Shown here one piece after another: positions 50,474-61,261 of a stretch of 64,000 nucleotides of DNA. This stretch comes from an uncultured Bacteroidales bacterium (GTDB taxonomy: Bacteria; Bacteroidota; Bacteroidia; Bacteroidales; JAUNSR01): the NCBI GenBank assembly GCA_947074145.1, contig CAMTOJ010000012.1, forward strand, positions 5,079 to 69,078. Reading direction: 5' to 3'. A program made the position numbers and the translations under genes. Position 1 is the stretch's first letter; each line of letters opens with the position of its first letter. The notes beneath the pieces are model-generated. The model ran no database searches, had not been told where the DNA came from, and saw nothing but the letters and a program-made list of their open reading frames with translations.

Positions 50474-53400
50474 TTATTTGAAAACTTTAATCGTTTTGTT
50501 TCCTACTTTAATGAAATAAATCCCATGTTCAATATTTATTGTCTCAATTCTATTTTGTCCGCTATAAATTTGTTGACTAATTACCAATTCTCCGCTTAAA
50601 CTATAGATATAAATCATTGTCGTTTCATGACTATTTATAAATATATAATCTTTGAAAGGATTAGGATAAGCGCTTAAATTTAGCTCAACATCATCTGTTC
50701 CGGTAATTGTTGATTCGGTATATTTTACAAAAAGATTAGAGTCTTTTTCAACTTCATAAATTTCTTCTCCATCTATCGATTCTAACCAAACAGCCATATA
50801 TCCATCAATATTCATCACAGGAAGAACTCCATTTGTAAAAATTGTAGAAGATTCTTGAATCAAATTATCAGAATAATCCACCTTAAAAACCTTCTCACCT
50901 TTTAATACAGGATACTTTTCATTATTTAAGTCCTGACCGAAAGCTTCACCAAGTTTCCATGCAATTTCCCCTAATTCAAGAGTTTCATTATTTACGATTG
51001 TCTGCTTATCTTCACTATCATCCCCATATCCTGTTTCCGATTTAATACTATAACAGTTCTCATTCACAGAAATAGATATATTACCGTTTATTGCATTTCC
51101 GATGTAAGTCTGACTATTCGTAATAATATTACCTATATTCAAAGCATTCTGAATTGACCCATCAGCTGATGTATTAGATGATATGCCTGCAACATAATTT
51201 GTATTACCTTTAATATTTCCTGTATTTATAACATTCGAAATTTTGGTAGCTGCAGCACTACCAACTATACCCCCAACATTATTAGAAGAACTTGTTATAT
51301 TTCCGCTATTTGAAGCGATATCAATAATACTTGTTGTTCCTGTCTGTATTTGCCCGGCAATACCTCCTATTGTTGACGAAGTAGCTGTTATATTTCCCTT
51401 GTTATGGCAATTGATAATTGTAGTATTATTATTTATATATCCGAATAACCCGGCTGTATATTGAGCTCCTGAAACATTCACTTCATTAATACAATTTTCA
51501 AATTTTGTTGCACCGTTTACATAACCTACAAGTCCGGCTGTATAATTCTTAGTATTAATAATATCTCCTTCAACTGTTATATTCTTTATATTTCCTTCAT
51601 TCATATAACCGAACAAAGCCTGATAAGTAGCATTTGCATTAATATATAATCCTTCAATTCTGTATCCGAAGCCATCAAATGTTCCACCGTAACGATTCGA
51701 AGAAGTACTATTACCAATCGGTGTCCATTCAAAATTCCCCAGATCAATATCTGAAGTAAGAATTGCGCAAGCCAAGCGATTTCCACTATTCACATGAATT
51801 GCAAACCATGCAAGCTCACTTGCTTTTGAAATTTTATAGTAATCAACCAGTCCATTATAAATACCACCTGTTTCATCAGACTCTTCCTGCGAAACAATCA
51901 TAGGTTCAGAGATAGATATTCCATCCCATAGATTTTCATCACCGGGTTTCAAATCTATTTTAAAGCTCTGCACTTCCTGACCATCTGATAATACATAAAA
52001 ACTATTTCGGTAAATACTATATCCATCACTTTTTACATAAACATCATACTTCCCATATTGAACAATAGATTGAAAATTATCATCAATCTCAATCTCTTCT
52101 CCATCTTTATTTTTCACAATAAACTCGGCTCCGGCCGGAACACCTTCAAAAACAACTTTGAAATATTTTGTTGTAACAACACTAATTGAGATATCCGGTA
52201 AAGCACCAAAATAATTATGACGTGAAAGAGCTGTAAAATTAGCTCCAATTCCATGTAAGGGATTCACCTCTCTATGCGCACCAAATTCTGAACCATATCC
52301 TTTCATTTGAAGTGCTCCTTTTTTCAAATCAATTGTTTTCTCAACATTCCACTCTTTTTCAACCTTTGATTTAATAATCTGTATTTCAGGAGAACCTGCA
52401 AATTTATATTGGCTCGAGCTTGAAATCAGAGATGAGCCATTTGGTGTATCATTATAAACAATGGATGTTGACATATTATATATTCCTGCCAGTTTATTTG
52501 CAGGACTGAATAAACCATAAAACTGCACCTGATACTCATCTCCCGGCTGAAGGGTAAATCCGGGATTTGAAACATTCTCTATTTCATATTTGACCGGTTT
52601 TGCTGTTGCCACCTGATATTCTGATGCTCCTGTTTCTGATGTAAGTTTTATTATGTTTCGCCCCAAAGTCAATAAGACAGTATAACTACCATCTGCATTT
52701 TGTTCTATATTTTTGAACCCTTCATATTTAGAAATATTGACATCCATTTGAGGATTTGCAATACTTACATTAGATACACCCTCGGGTGTAAATGTATATT
52801 CATATCCGTTAAGTTCACTCAGATAATAGAACACATCATGCTCTGAATCAATAGAAAGATTAGTATCCGGCACCCTATTATCTTGAGGTATAAACATATT
52901 TCTTTTTATTGATTCTTCATTATCTTGATCAACAGTCAACACAAATGTACCTGTATTCTCTGGCCATATGGCGCTCCATAAATTACCTCCATAAAAAGAT
53001 GCAGGTATTTCTGTTGTTGTTGAATTGTAAATCTGAAGGTTAATAGCATCATAAGTAACCTGCACTATTACGCTTCCCTTTCCTTTTGCCGTAATTAACC
53101 CATTCTTATCAATCTCTACTATATCACTACATGGATCTCCATTCATATCTATTATAGTATAATGATAATCGGGCTCAATAAAATAGTTACCGACAGTATT
53201 ATTTGTCAATTGCCAGCTTCGTAAATTCAACAATTGATAACTGTCCCCCTTTTTCATCTTCAATTCACCCTCCCTATTGACATTCAAAAGAATATCCGCA
53301 ACATTTGTAGCGGTATTAGATGTTACATCATAATCTATAAATTTAGGAGTTCTAAGATTCAGCATCTCTTCACTAATTACCATTGGTGATATATTCGTAG

Positions 53401-54178
53401 TCATTGTAAAAATTCCACCATTAGTTAATTTTCCCGGCTGAGACACCTTGAAATTATATGTACAAGCTGACCCAAGAGTAAAAATATACTCCTTTTTATT
53501 ATCTTTTATAATCGAATCCTTTGGTGAAATTTCAGTGAAAGGAGCATAATGCATACTACCTGATTTCAACCCTACAAACAAGTGTGCCTCTGTTGGCACT
53601 GTTATGGAATATTCTCGTTCCATTGGTATAACGAAACCTGCATTTAAACTTGTAGCTGTTACTGTATTACAATTATTGAAAGAACTCATATATCCTTCCT
53701 TAACTTTCTCTTCGCTTTGATCGGATGTTATTCTAAAACTATCCCCAAGGTTAATCAAAAAAGTTTCTCTTCCGGCTGTTGTTGACTCACCTGTTGTGAT
53801 AACTCGAACCTTCCCCTCATTGCTATTTGCATTAATTGTGAGAAAATAATCCTGATTCATTATCCACCCGCTATTAGATATCCAAGTAGTGATTGTACTA
53901 ATACTGAAAGTCTGTGAAGACTCTTCCGTTATTTCTATCTCCAAAGTACCATTAGAAACTCCATTTGTATTAAACCCCGTAACAATATACTCTCCTGGTT
54001 CTGTTTCAAAATTATAACTATATGTAACAGCAGAGCCTACCTCTACTTTTTCATTTGTAGTCTTATTAATCAGCTCCATTGTCCGACTGATTGAATTCAT
54101 CTTTATCGTGACATCGACAGCCAGCATATTTATCGTATTTATAACTACGATAAATATGGCTAAGTAAAATTTTCTCAT
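50474..54178 (-). CDS. Large T9SS-secreted protein with unknown N-terminal region, GLUG-type beta-helix and type A CTD
   Basis: Signal peptide without lipobox; LTSDIDLG..WTPIG...GTFDG, GGIVG repeats; CTD AYPNPF...IYSLSG...GIYFIK...KVFK. Confidence 0.8.
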   Translation of the reverse strand: MRKFYLAIFIVVINTINMLAVDVTIKMNSISRTMELINKTTNEKVEVGSAVTYSYNFETEPGEYIVTGFNTNGVSNGTLEIEITEESSQTFSISTITTWISNSGWIMNQDYFLTINANSNEGKVRVITTGESTTAGRETFLINLGDSFRITSDQSEEKVKEGYMSSFNNCNTVTATSLNAGFVIPMEREYSITVPTEAHLFVGLKSGSMHYAPFTEISPKDSIIKDNKKEYIFTLGSACTYNFKVSQPGKLTNGGIFTMTTNISPMVISEEMLNLRTPKFIDYDVTSNTATNVADILLNVNREGELKMKKGDSYQLLNLRSWQLTNNTVGNYFIEPDYHYTIIDMNGDPCSDIVEIDKNGLITAKGKGSVIVQVTYDAINLQIYNSTTTEIPASFYGGNLWSAIWPENTGTFVLTVDQDNEESIKRNMFIPQDNRVPDTNLSIDSEHDVFYYLSELNGYEYTFTPEGVSNVSIANPQMDVNISKYEGFKNIEQNADGSYTVLLTLGRNIIKLTSETGASEYQVATAKPVKYEIENVSNPGFTLQPGDEYQVQFYGLFSPANKLAGIYNMSTSIVYNDTPNGSSLISSSSQYKFAGSPEIQIIKSKVEKEWNVEKTIDLKKGALQMKGYGSEFGAHREVNPLHGIGANFTALSRHNYFGALPDISISVVTTKYFKVVFEGVPAGAEFIVKNKDGEEIEIDDNFQSIVQYGKYDVYVKSDGYSIYRNSFYVLSDGQEVQSFKIDLKPGDENLWDGISISEPMIVSQEESDETGGIYNGLVDYYKISKASELAWFAIHVNSGNRLACAILTSDIDLGNFEWTPIGNSTSSNRYGGTFDGFGYRIEGLYINANATYQALFGYMNEGNIKNITVEGDIINTKNYTAGLVGYVNGATKFENCINEVNVSGAQYTAGLFGYINNNTTIINCHNKGNITATSSTIGGIAGQIQTGTTSIIDIASNSGNITSSSNNVGGIVGSAAATKISNVINTGNIKGNTNYVAGISSNTSADGSIQNALNIGNIITNSQTYIGNAINGNISISVNENCYSIKSETGYGDDSEDKQTIVNNETLELGEIAWKLGEAFGQDLNNEKYPVLKGEKVFKVDYSDNLIQESSTIFTNGVLPVMNIDGYMAVWLESIDGEEIYEVEKDSNLFVKYTESTITGTDDVELNLSAYPNPFKDYIFINSHETTMIYIYSLSGELVISQQIYSGQNRIETINIEHGIYFIKVGNKTIKVFK

Positions 54179-54189
54179 TTGCTAAATTC

Positions 54190-55842
54190 TTATTTGATTA
54201 TTGATTTTGTTGTTACACCTATTTTAATGATATAGAACCCACGAGGTAAATCTGAAATATTTATCTCACTCATTCCCTTTTCAAGTTTTTCAGTACGAAT
54301 CACTTTCCCTGAACTTGAATAAATAACCAATTCATCCTCCTGATATTCAGTTTCAATTATAATAGAGTTTGCATCTTTTAGATATTTGAAACTTATTATT
54401 TCTTTATGATTATCGTTTTCCAAATCTGTGATATTAGATGATTGTGTTTTAATATATGCAGCTGTTTTTTCTGATCTGTTTCCTGCATAATCAACAGCTT
54501 CAATCTCTACAAGATATTCTGTACCTGATTCCAAACCTGTTAATGTATACTCGGTAGTAGAAACCCTTTTCTGTTTCTCTCCATTGAGATAGATATTATA
54601 CTCTTTTACTCCGAAATTATCAGAAGATACATCCCATGTTAAAGTAATCGTGTATAAAGAAGTTTCACCTTCAAGGTTCATTGGCTTAGTTGGAGCTGTA
54701 ATATCTGTTGTGTTTATAGTTATAGATGCTCTATCAGATATCTCTCCATCGATTGCTATTGCCTCAATTCCCAACAGATATTCAGTAAATGGTTTAAGAT
54801 CTTCTATTAAATATTCGGTTACATTTTCAACTCTCATTAATAATTCTTCATTCACATAAATGTTATAACCCGATATTACTATATCAGAAACAGCTTCATT
54901 CCATGAAAAAAGGATATTAGATTCTGAAGCCTCTGCTATTAGCCCCGTGGGGCGATTAGGTATAATAGATTGTTGAACCTCTTTTACCTGCAACTTATCC
55001 ATACAAAAATAAACGGCCGTATTAGGTCCAAGCCCGTCAAATTCACTTACATCTGTCGATTCCATTGTAAAGTATATCCCCGTAACTGCACCAAGAGAAG
55101 AAAGATCTACCCATTGCCAATCAGGACTTTGTTTCAATTCACCATCTTTAAACTCGGCAAGAATATGATCAACCTTAATACCTATATCCTTTCCATCCTC
55201 ATTAAATCCGTGAATCGTTAGTTTAAACATATCTCCTTCCTTTTTAAAAGGTGATGCAAACCCGTCACCATAAAGAGTTCCATAATAAGGCCAAGGGTGA
55301 TTACAGATATAAATACCTTGGGGTTTGTACATCTTTCCGTTATTAAATCTAACCTGTAAACAAGGATCGCCACCCATAAACAGTTCCATCCAATAGCCCC
55401 AATTTGCCACCAGGTAAGGAATACCGGCCTGGGCTATTACTTTCCCGTTTTCATCCATCATCACATTCCCCAGTTCATCGGTTTTTATTCCGCCTCCTGC
55501 CATACATCCCCACTGATTGGATATCCATCCATCGGAACTATCAAGCATTCCATAGTTTTTCGTATCTCCACTTGTACAATATGTAAATCCATCCCAGTAA
55601 TAGCCCTCCGAACTGTCTTCTTCACTGAAGCTTCCGGGATTATGTGTTAGCGAAAAAAAATCAAAATCAATTTTTCTGAACTTCTTTGATCCATTATAAG
55701 TTTCAACCCAATGACCTTTATCTTGAAAAACATCAAATTTAACAGGGTTAGTAGGTTTCTGTAAATCAAGTGTGATAATATCATCTGCATTTGCTTTAAA
55801 AAAGAGAGATGCAGCAAAAAGAAAAAGTAATGTTTTTTTCAT
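54190..55842 (-). CDS. DUF4465 (BtuJ-like) protein with two FN3 domains and T9SS CTD
   Basis: YWDGFTY, MAGGG, DWQWVDLSSLG, FTMESTD, YFCMD; FN3 motifs LKPFTEY and LESGTEY...VDYAGNRS; CTD IYSSSG...LPRGFYIIK. Confidence 0.75.
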   Translation of the reverse strand: MKKTLLFLFAASLFFKANADDIITLDLQKPTNPVKFDVFQDKGHWVETYNGSKKFRKIDFDFFSLTHNPGSFSEEDSSEGYYWDGFTYCTSGDTKNYGMLDSSDGWISNQWGCMAGGGIKTDELGNVMMDENGKVIAQAGIPYLVANWGYWMELFMGGDPCLQVRFNNGKMYKPQGIYICNHPWPYYGTLYGDGFASPFKKEGDMFKLTIHGFNEDGKDIGIKVDHILAEFKDGELKQSPDWQWVDLSSLGAVTGIYFTMESTDVSEFDGLGPNTAVYFCMDKLQVKEVQQSIIPNRPTGLIAEASESNILFSWNEAVSDIVISGYNIYVNEELLMRVENVTEYLIEDLKPFTEYLLGIEAIAIDGEISDRASITINTTDITAPTKPMNLEGETSLYTITLTWDVSSDNFGVKEYNIYLNGEKQKRVSTTEYTLTGLESGTEYLVEIEAVDYAGNRSEKTAAYIKTQSSNITDLENDNHKEIISFKYLKDANSIIIETEYQEDELVIYSSSGKVIRTEKLEKGMSEINISDLPRGFYIIKIGVTTKSIIK

Positions 55843-55852
55843 ATTCGTATTA

Positions 55853-57040
55853 TTATTGTTTTATAAATCTTATTATTTCATCTCCCGAAATCAATATATA
55901 GATCCCTTTATTCATAAATCCACACTCGATTTCCGAAGTCCCTGCCATTACATTAGTGTTAATCATCAATAACCCACACGATGAATAAACATAAATATCT
56001 CTTTCTTCAGAAGATGTCAAGATCAATTTATCGGTTACAGAACTTCGTAAAACAGAGATCACCGATCTATTTTTCTCTTCTATTATATTATTTGGTTCTT
56101 TTTTCAAAAGATGCAAATCTTGTGCGCCAACAATTTCGGTTGATGTTTCACCCAACCCTCCACAATATTGATTTACTCCTGTATAAACCTTTATAAAGTG
56201 AACTCCCGGTAATTCTACCGAATCTCCATTTTTATCGACAGCCCATTCAATCTTGAAATTCGATCGTTCGTCAAAATTGGGATGATTATCAGCATATCCC
56301 CAGGCATAAGAATATAATACATAATATGAACCCTCTCCGCTCTCATCAATATAATTGTCAGCCAATTTTGTACCCTCAAATGTTATCTCCTCATCATCAA
56401 TCCAAAGTGGATAATATGATTGATTATGAAAAATATTACGAGCCATATAACCGTTCTTTCCCTGATTTGATTCCCATCGTATATATGTTGTATCATTCAA
56501 AAAAGGATAACTATTATCAGGAGTTTTTATCTTATTCTCATCAGGTTTGTAATAAGTAATCTTATAATTATGAATGGTTTGAGAACTTCTATATTCACTT
56601 CCTGCAAGTTCGTACCATTCATCATCAGGTTTTCCGTTTCCATTGGCATCATAAGAGACCATCACAATCCCCGGTTCGCAACTTCCTCCGCCGGAATGAG
56701 CATCAGCATTCGGATTAGTATTTGCATAAAACGCATTTCCCAATATCTTAAAATCGTATTCCCCTTTTACATTTTCCACCATATGATCGAAACCGAAAGT
56801 GATATAACCGCCATAACCACCCAAAGAAACAATTACACCGGTTTCACCCTCTATCGATTCCTCAGCCTTTAGCCTCATATCATTTTTTGTATCGCCCTGT
56901 TCATACAAAGGAAGTTTATTGACAAACTGCCCCGGAGCAGGCATATACTCATACACTTTATAGATATATGGAGATTGCGAATATGCATCAAAACCAACTC
57001 CACATATCACTAACAACAGACCTCTTGCTAACAATTTCAT
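55853..57040 (-). CDS. BtuH-like B12-binding domain protein with T9SS CTD
   Basis: VYEYMPAPGQFVN, VSLGGYGGYI, EPGIVMVS, WYELAGSE, WGYADN, GETSTE; signal AYS|Q; CTD VYSSCG...KGIYIL...RFIKQ. Confidence 0.75.
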   Translation of the reverse strand: MKLLARGLLLVICGVGFDAYSQSPYIYKVYEYMPAPGQFVNKLPLYEQGDTKNDMRLKAEESIEGETGVIVSLGGYGGYITFGFDHMVENVKGEYDFKILGNAFYANTNPNADAHSGGGSCEPGIVMVSYDANGNGKPDDEWYELAGSEYRSSQTIHNYKITYYKPDENKIKTPDNSYPFLNDTTYIRWESNQGKNGYMARNIFHNQSYYPLWIDDEEITFEGTKLADNYIDESGEGSYYVLYSYAWGYADNHPNFDERSNFKIEWAVDKNGDSVELPGVHFIKVYTGVNQYCGGLGETSTEIVGAQDLHLLKKEPNNIIEEKNRSVISVLRSSVTDKLILTSSEERDIYVYSSCGLLMINTNVMAGTSEIECGFMNKGIYILISGDEIIRFIKQ

Positions 57041-57051
57041 ATTGAATTATT

Positions 57052-58794
57052 TTATAATATTATTTTATAATTATCCGATCCAGCCCTCACTAAATAGCAC
57101 TTTCCTCTATTCAGATTTTTGAAACTATGATCTTCATCAGTTATCAGTCTTTCTATAAGATTTCCTGAGAGGTCATAAAGAGATATCTCAACTGGCGAAC
57201 ATATTCCTTCTATTTTGATCTGATTATTAACACCTATAACCCTTATATTCAAATTATTACTCTCATCAATCCCTGTTTCAGAATTAACAATCACATTCAA
57301 CACCTTATCCTCATACTTTCCATTTGAATTAAATCGTACAGTAATAGTGATATTATCTTTTATTAAATCTTCACCGGCAGATAATTTCAACTCATCATTT
57401 TCAATTCTTGCGTTGATTTTCTTATTACTAATGCCCACTATCCTCTTTGTTATAGCTGCATCATTATTATCCTTATCTTTTGCCATCGAGGAAAGATCAA
57501 TGGAAACCTCCTCATTTGTCGATAAGAAAACCTGGTTAAAATCATCAATTTCAGGAGAATGGATATCCGGAAAAATAAATAATGAAGGAAACCAGTATCT
57601 CTTTATCGGCTCATATTGTTTAAGCTTGTTCCCTTCATTATCGAGCTGATAGAAAAAATATGATTGATTGACATTATCTATAAATAGCGAAGCATAAATC
57701 TTATCATCATACGGATTAATTCTTATGGCACATCCTAAGAAATAGCGACTCTCCTTACTACTATCATAAATCGTTGTAAATGTTTCGGTATCTATATCAT
57801 ACATAAACATTGTCGATGTTGTAAACCAGCTCCATTTGTTAGAGTTATAGGTGAAATACAATCTATTTTGATTAAATGATGCACATAGCGAACCCGCACT
57901 CCAGGCATACCATGACTGATTAATACCATACTCTTGAGGCATCTCTATGATCTTTGTTTCAAGAGTTTTTGGATCGATTTTTAATAATTGATCCCCCTGC
58001 CACATCTCTCCCGTAGATCCGAATACTCCATAAGGAAAATTCTGATACGACATATTCGAATTTCTACCTACCCAGATACATCCATCCTTACTTTGCGTCA
58101 TTGTACTGAAACAACCCTCTATTATAGTTTCTATTTTATCTTTTTCAGGATTTATTACAAGCACGCCTTTATCCTGCTGAATAGCGAAAACATAATCATG
58201 GCTACGAATCATCATTCCTATCTGATTACGGTATAAAGGACCCAATCCGTCAGATTTATCTTCCTTTCCTGTTACTAAAGGATTTTCCGAACCTTCAATC
58301 CTTCCTTTTATCTCATACGAATTAAGATCCATAATAAAGATCCCATTGGATGTACCCAGATAACCCTTATCCTCTCTTACCCCCACAAAGCTCCTGCCAT
58401 CAGCAGCCGATTTACCATTGAGTTCATATATCACAGGTATAGTTTTCTTAATTTTCATAGTTGACGCATCTGCGACAACTATTCTGCCACCTGTCAGTTT
58501 TCCCTCTGCTTTATCCTGATCCTGCTTGGAAATGATATAAATATTATCTCCATATATAGCTCCATATTGTGCAGTACAACCTAATGACAGATTTCCATTA
58601 TCATTATTATTCTGTACTATCAGATAATCGAATTCACTTGTTTGGGTATTAAGAAAATTGATTGTACTGTTATTATTTCCAAACCGATCTTCGTTCAAAA
58701 CAAAAACTCCCGTTTCATATTTTAACTGCGCTTCGACATTAGATAAACCGGTTACAGCTATCAATGACCATATCAATAATTTTTCTAATCTCAT
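57052..58794 (-). CDS. DUF5074/BtuG-like beta-propeller protein with Ig-like domain and T9SS CTD
   Basis: GVFVLNED, LGCT.Q...IYIISKQ, YWFPS; signal VEA|Q; CTD LYDLSG...GKCYLVR...KIIL. Confidence 0.7.
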   Translation of the reverse strand: MRLEKLLIWSLIAVTGLSNVEAQLKYETGVFVLNEDRFGNNNSTINFLNTQTSEFDYLIVQNNNDNGNLSLGCTAQYGAIYGDNIYIISKQDQDKAEGKLTGGRIVVADASTMKIKKTIPVIYELNGKSAADGRSFVGVREDKGYLGTSNGIFIMDLNSYEIKGRIEGSENPLVTGKEDKSDGLGPLYRNQIGMMIRSHDYVFAIQQDKGVLVINPEKDKIETIIEGCFSTMTQSKDGCIWVGRNSNMSYQNFPYGVFGSTGEMWQGDQLLKIDPKTLETKIIEMPQEYGINQSWYAWSAGSLCASFNQNRLYFTYNSNKWSWFTTSTMFMYDIDTETFTTIYDSSKESRYFLGCAIRINPYDDKIYASLFIDNVNQSYFFYQLDNEGNKLKQYEPIKRYWFPSLFIFPDIHSPEIDDFNQVFLSTNEEVSIDLSSMAKDKDNNDAAITKRIVGISNKKINARIENDELKLSAGEDLIKDNITITVRFNSNGKYEDKVLNVIVNSETGIDESNNLNIRVIGVNNQIKIEGICSPVEISLYDLSGNLIERLITDEDHSFKNLNRGKCYLVRAGSDNYKIIL

Positions 58795-58798
58795 TTCT

Positions 58799-60037
58799 TT
58801 AAAGAATTGGTATATAATTTTTAAAATCCTCTACATGCAGATCTTCCGCTCTTGACAATTCGGTAGATGTTTCACCTAACCAGCCACATTGTTGATTTAC
58901 ACCGGTATAAACTCTTATAAAATCTACTCCCGGCAACCTTACTTTATTTCCTTTATCATCTACTGCCCAATCTATCTTGAAACTGCTTTTGTTTTCTATA
59001 TCATTCGGATGATTATCTACATATCCCCAATCATAAGCATACTGAACATAAAATGATCCGTTTCCACTCTTATCCACATAATTATTGGCAAGACGTGTTC
59101 CCTTGAAAGTAAGTTCATTATTTGTTACCCATTTTGGGTAATAATCCTGGAGATGAAAACTGTTTTTTACAATATATCCCTGCTCATTCATATTGCTTAT
59201 CCATCTTACATATGTGGTATCGATGAAAGGGGAATTAGGCTGCGGTGTTGCCGTTTTTTCTATATCCGGTCTGTAATATTTAATAGTGTAATCATACTGT
59301 GTCTCCTCTTTATAAAACTCACTTCCCGCCAATTCATACCACTCATCATCTGCGATACCATTCCCATTTACATCAAGCGAAACCATCACAATCCCCGGCT
59401 CCGAACTTCCTGCACTTTCTGATGCATTAGGATTAGGATTTGCAGCAGCATAGAAAGCATTTCCTAAAATCTTAAAATCATATTCTCCCTCTACATTTAC
59501 CACGGTGTGATCAAATCCAAAAGTGATATAACCTCCATAACCTCCAAGAGAAACCAATATATCGTTGGTTCCGGATATGCTCTCTTCCGCTTTTTTTATC
59601 ATATCAGATTCCGTATCTCCTGTCTCGTAAAAAGGAAGAGAATTGACAAATTGTCCCGGTGCCGGGCAATACTCATAAACCTTTGTTATATATCTGCTAT
59701 AAGCAACTTGCTCTTCCCAAACCACAAAAAGAATATCACATTCATATGGATTCATATCATCTATGATTCTCATTTTTACAGTATATTCTCCCGGACGGGC
59801 AGACAGAAATATAAAATCACGTTTACCGGATATTATTGAATCTTTACCCTCTATATCTTTCATGCTCCATTCATATACACCGTCGAATTCAGGTTTTACA
59901 ATCACCTTCTTCATCCTCTCAACAACATAAATATCATCCACACCTATGTTTATCATAGATATTTCACTACCGGTACAACCGATTAAAAAATAGCCGATTA
60001 TACAAGACAAATAATATATTAATCCTCTTCTTACCAT
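58799..60037 (-). CDS. btuH: BtuH-like surface lipoprotein (PKD-like plus B12-binding domain)
   Basis: Lipobox LIG|C; VYEYCPAPGQFVN, SLGGYGGYI, EPGIVMVS, WYELAGSE, GWLGETSTE; start placed at the ATG at 60037, which overlaps the btuG stop. Confidence 0.75.
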   Translation of the reverse strand: MVRRGLIYYLSCIIGYFLIGCTGSEISMINIGVDDIYVVERMKKVIVKPEFDGVYEWSMKDIEGKDSIISGKRDFIFLSARPGEYTVKMRIIDDMNPYECDILFVVWEEQVAYSRYITKVYEYCPAPGQFVNSLPFYETGDTESDMIKKAEESISGTNDILVSLGGYGGYITFGFDHTVVNVEGEYDFKILGNAFYAAANPNPNASESAGSSEPGIVMVSLDVNGNGIADDEWYELAGSEFYKEETQYDYTIKYYRPDIEKTATPQPNSPFIDTTYVRWISNMNEQGYIVKNSFHLQDYYPKWVTNNELTFKGTRLANNYVDKSGNGSFYVQYAYDWGYVDNHPNDIENKSSFKIDWAVDDKGNKVRLPGVDFIRVYTGVNQQCGWLGETSTELSRAEDLHVEDFKNYIPIL

Positions 60038-61218
60038 AGAAAGCACATATGAGCGGGAATGTCGCCTGTACGCACACTCCATTTTTTAATACCGTTTCTG
60101 TTGTAGCAATGCAGCTGACCGCTGGAAACATAATTTTTGGCATCAGTAACATAAATATCTCCATTATGCGGATCTATCTGTAATCCGTAAGGGATCACAA
60201 TATTCTTATCTGTTCCGTCTTTTATGAAATTATCTGTTATAAGCTCTTTGGTCCTTATATCTATTATGCCATACGAAACATGGTTTTTCTCTGTTGTGCT
60301 GTTAAACTCAACACTATAGAAATAGAGTGAATCACCTGATATCACCATATCACTACAAGCAATATTAAGAGTATCTGTAACAACCATTTCCCTTGAATTA
60401 GCACTCTTGCGTTCAAGAACAAAAAGATTTGATGCCACATCCTTATAGTTACCCCTTGATGAAACCCATAACCTTCCATAGTTATCTTTCTTTATTCTGT
60501 GAAGGTTTAGCCCTACCGGTATTTGTTGTATTTGCTTCATGGCATACATCTCAACCACAGAAATTGTATAATCGTAATCTGGCACTCTATATCCTCCTGA
60601 ATTTGCCACATATATATATTCACCGATTATCTCAAGTTCATCGGGCTGATATCCAACAGTTGCCCTGTCAACCACTGTCAAAGAGGTGGTATCAATCTTA
60701 AACACTGCCCCCAATTGAGCATCAGGATCTATCGCGACAGGACCAACATAAGATGAGACATAAGCATATCCCTTTGAAAATTTTATATACCTGCAATTCG
60801 GTATATCTATCTGACCTAATCTTTCACATGTTTTTGCATCCATTACCTCAACCTTATGTGAACAATTGATTACTGCGTATAGCTTATTTCCATATATGGC
60901 AATATCATTGCCCACATCGCCAAGTTCCATTATTACATTGGGATTCATTTCAGAATAGATATTTCTTACATACAGCATAGATCTGAAATCAACAAAATCA
61001 ATTGTCGATTTATTACTACCCATATTACCCTCATTCAAAAGATACATTCTCAAAGGAGCATTATCATCAAAGATTTCTCCCGGTAATATCTCATATTCTG
61101 TCGGTACAACAAGCTCTATTTCACGACATCCGATCAGACACATAAGCACAAAGAAAATCGCCATTCCCGGGTAAATCTTCTGTGTGCTTTCTTTCGGATA
61201 TTTAATATTTACAGACAT
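60031..61218 (-). CDS. btuG: BtuG-like YncE/DUF5074 beta-propeller surface lipoprotein
   Basis: Lipobox LIG|C; YLLNEGNMGSN, LGDVGND, IPNCRYI, YVANSGG, YVTDAKNYVSSG, GDIP; directly after btuB. Confidence 0.85.
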   Translation of the reverse strand: MSVNIKYPKESTQKIYPGMAIFFVLMCLIGCREIELVVPTEYEILPGEIFDDNAPLRMYLLNEGNMGSNKSTIDFVDFRSMLYVRNIYSEMNPNVIMELGDVGNDIAIYGNKLYAVINCSHKVEVMDAKTCERLGQIDIPNCRYIKFSKGYAYVSSYVGPVAIDPDAQLGAVFKIDTTSLTVVDRATVGYQPDELEIIGEYIYVANSGGYRVPDYDYTISVVEMYAMKQIQQIPVGLNLHRIKKDNYGRLWVSSRGNYKDVASNLFVLERKSANSREMVVTDTLNIACSDMVISGDSLYFYSVEFNSTTEKNHVSYGIIDIRTKELITDNFIKDGTDKNIVIPYGLQIDPHNGDIYVTDAKNYVSSGQLHCYNRNGIKKWSVRTGDIPAHMCFLW

Positions 61219-61261
61219 GAACTTATTAGAACTATTTATTTAAAAAATATTTGATATTGAA

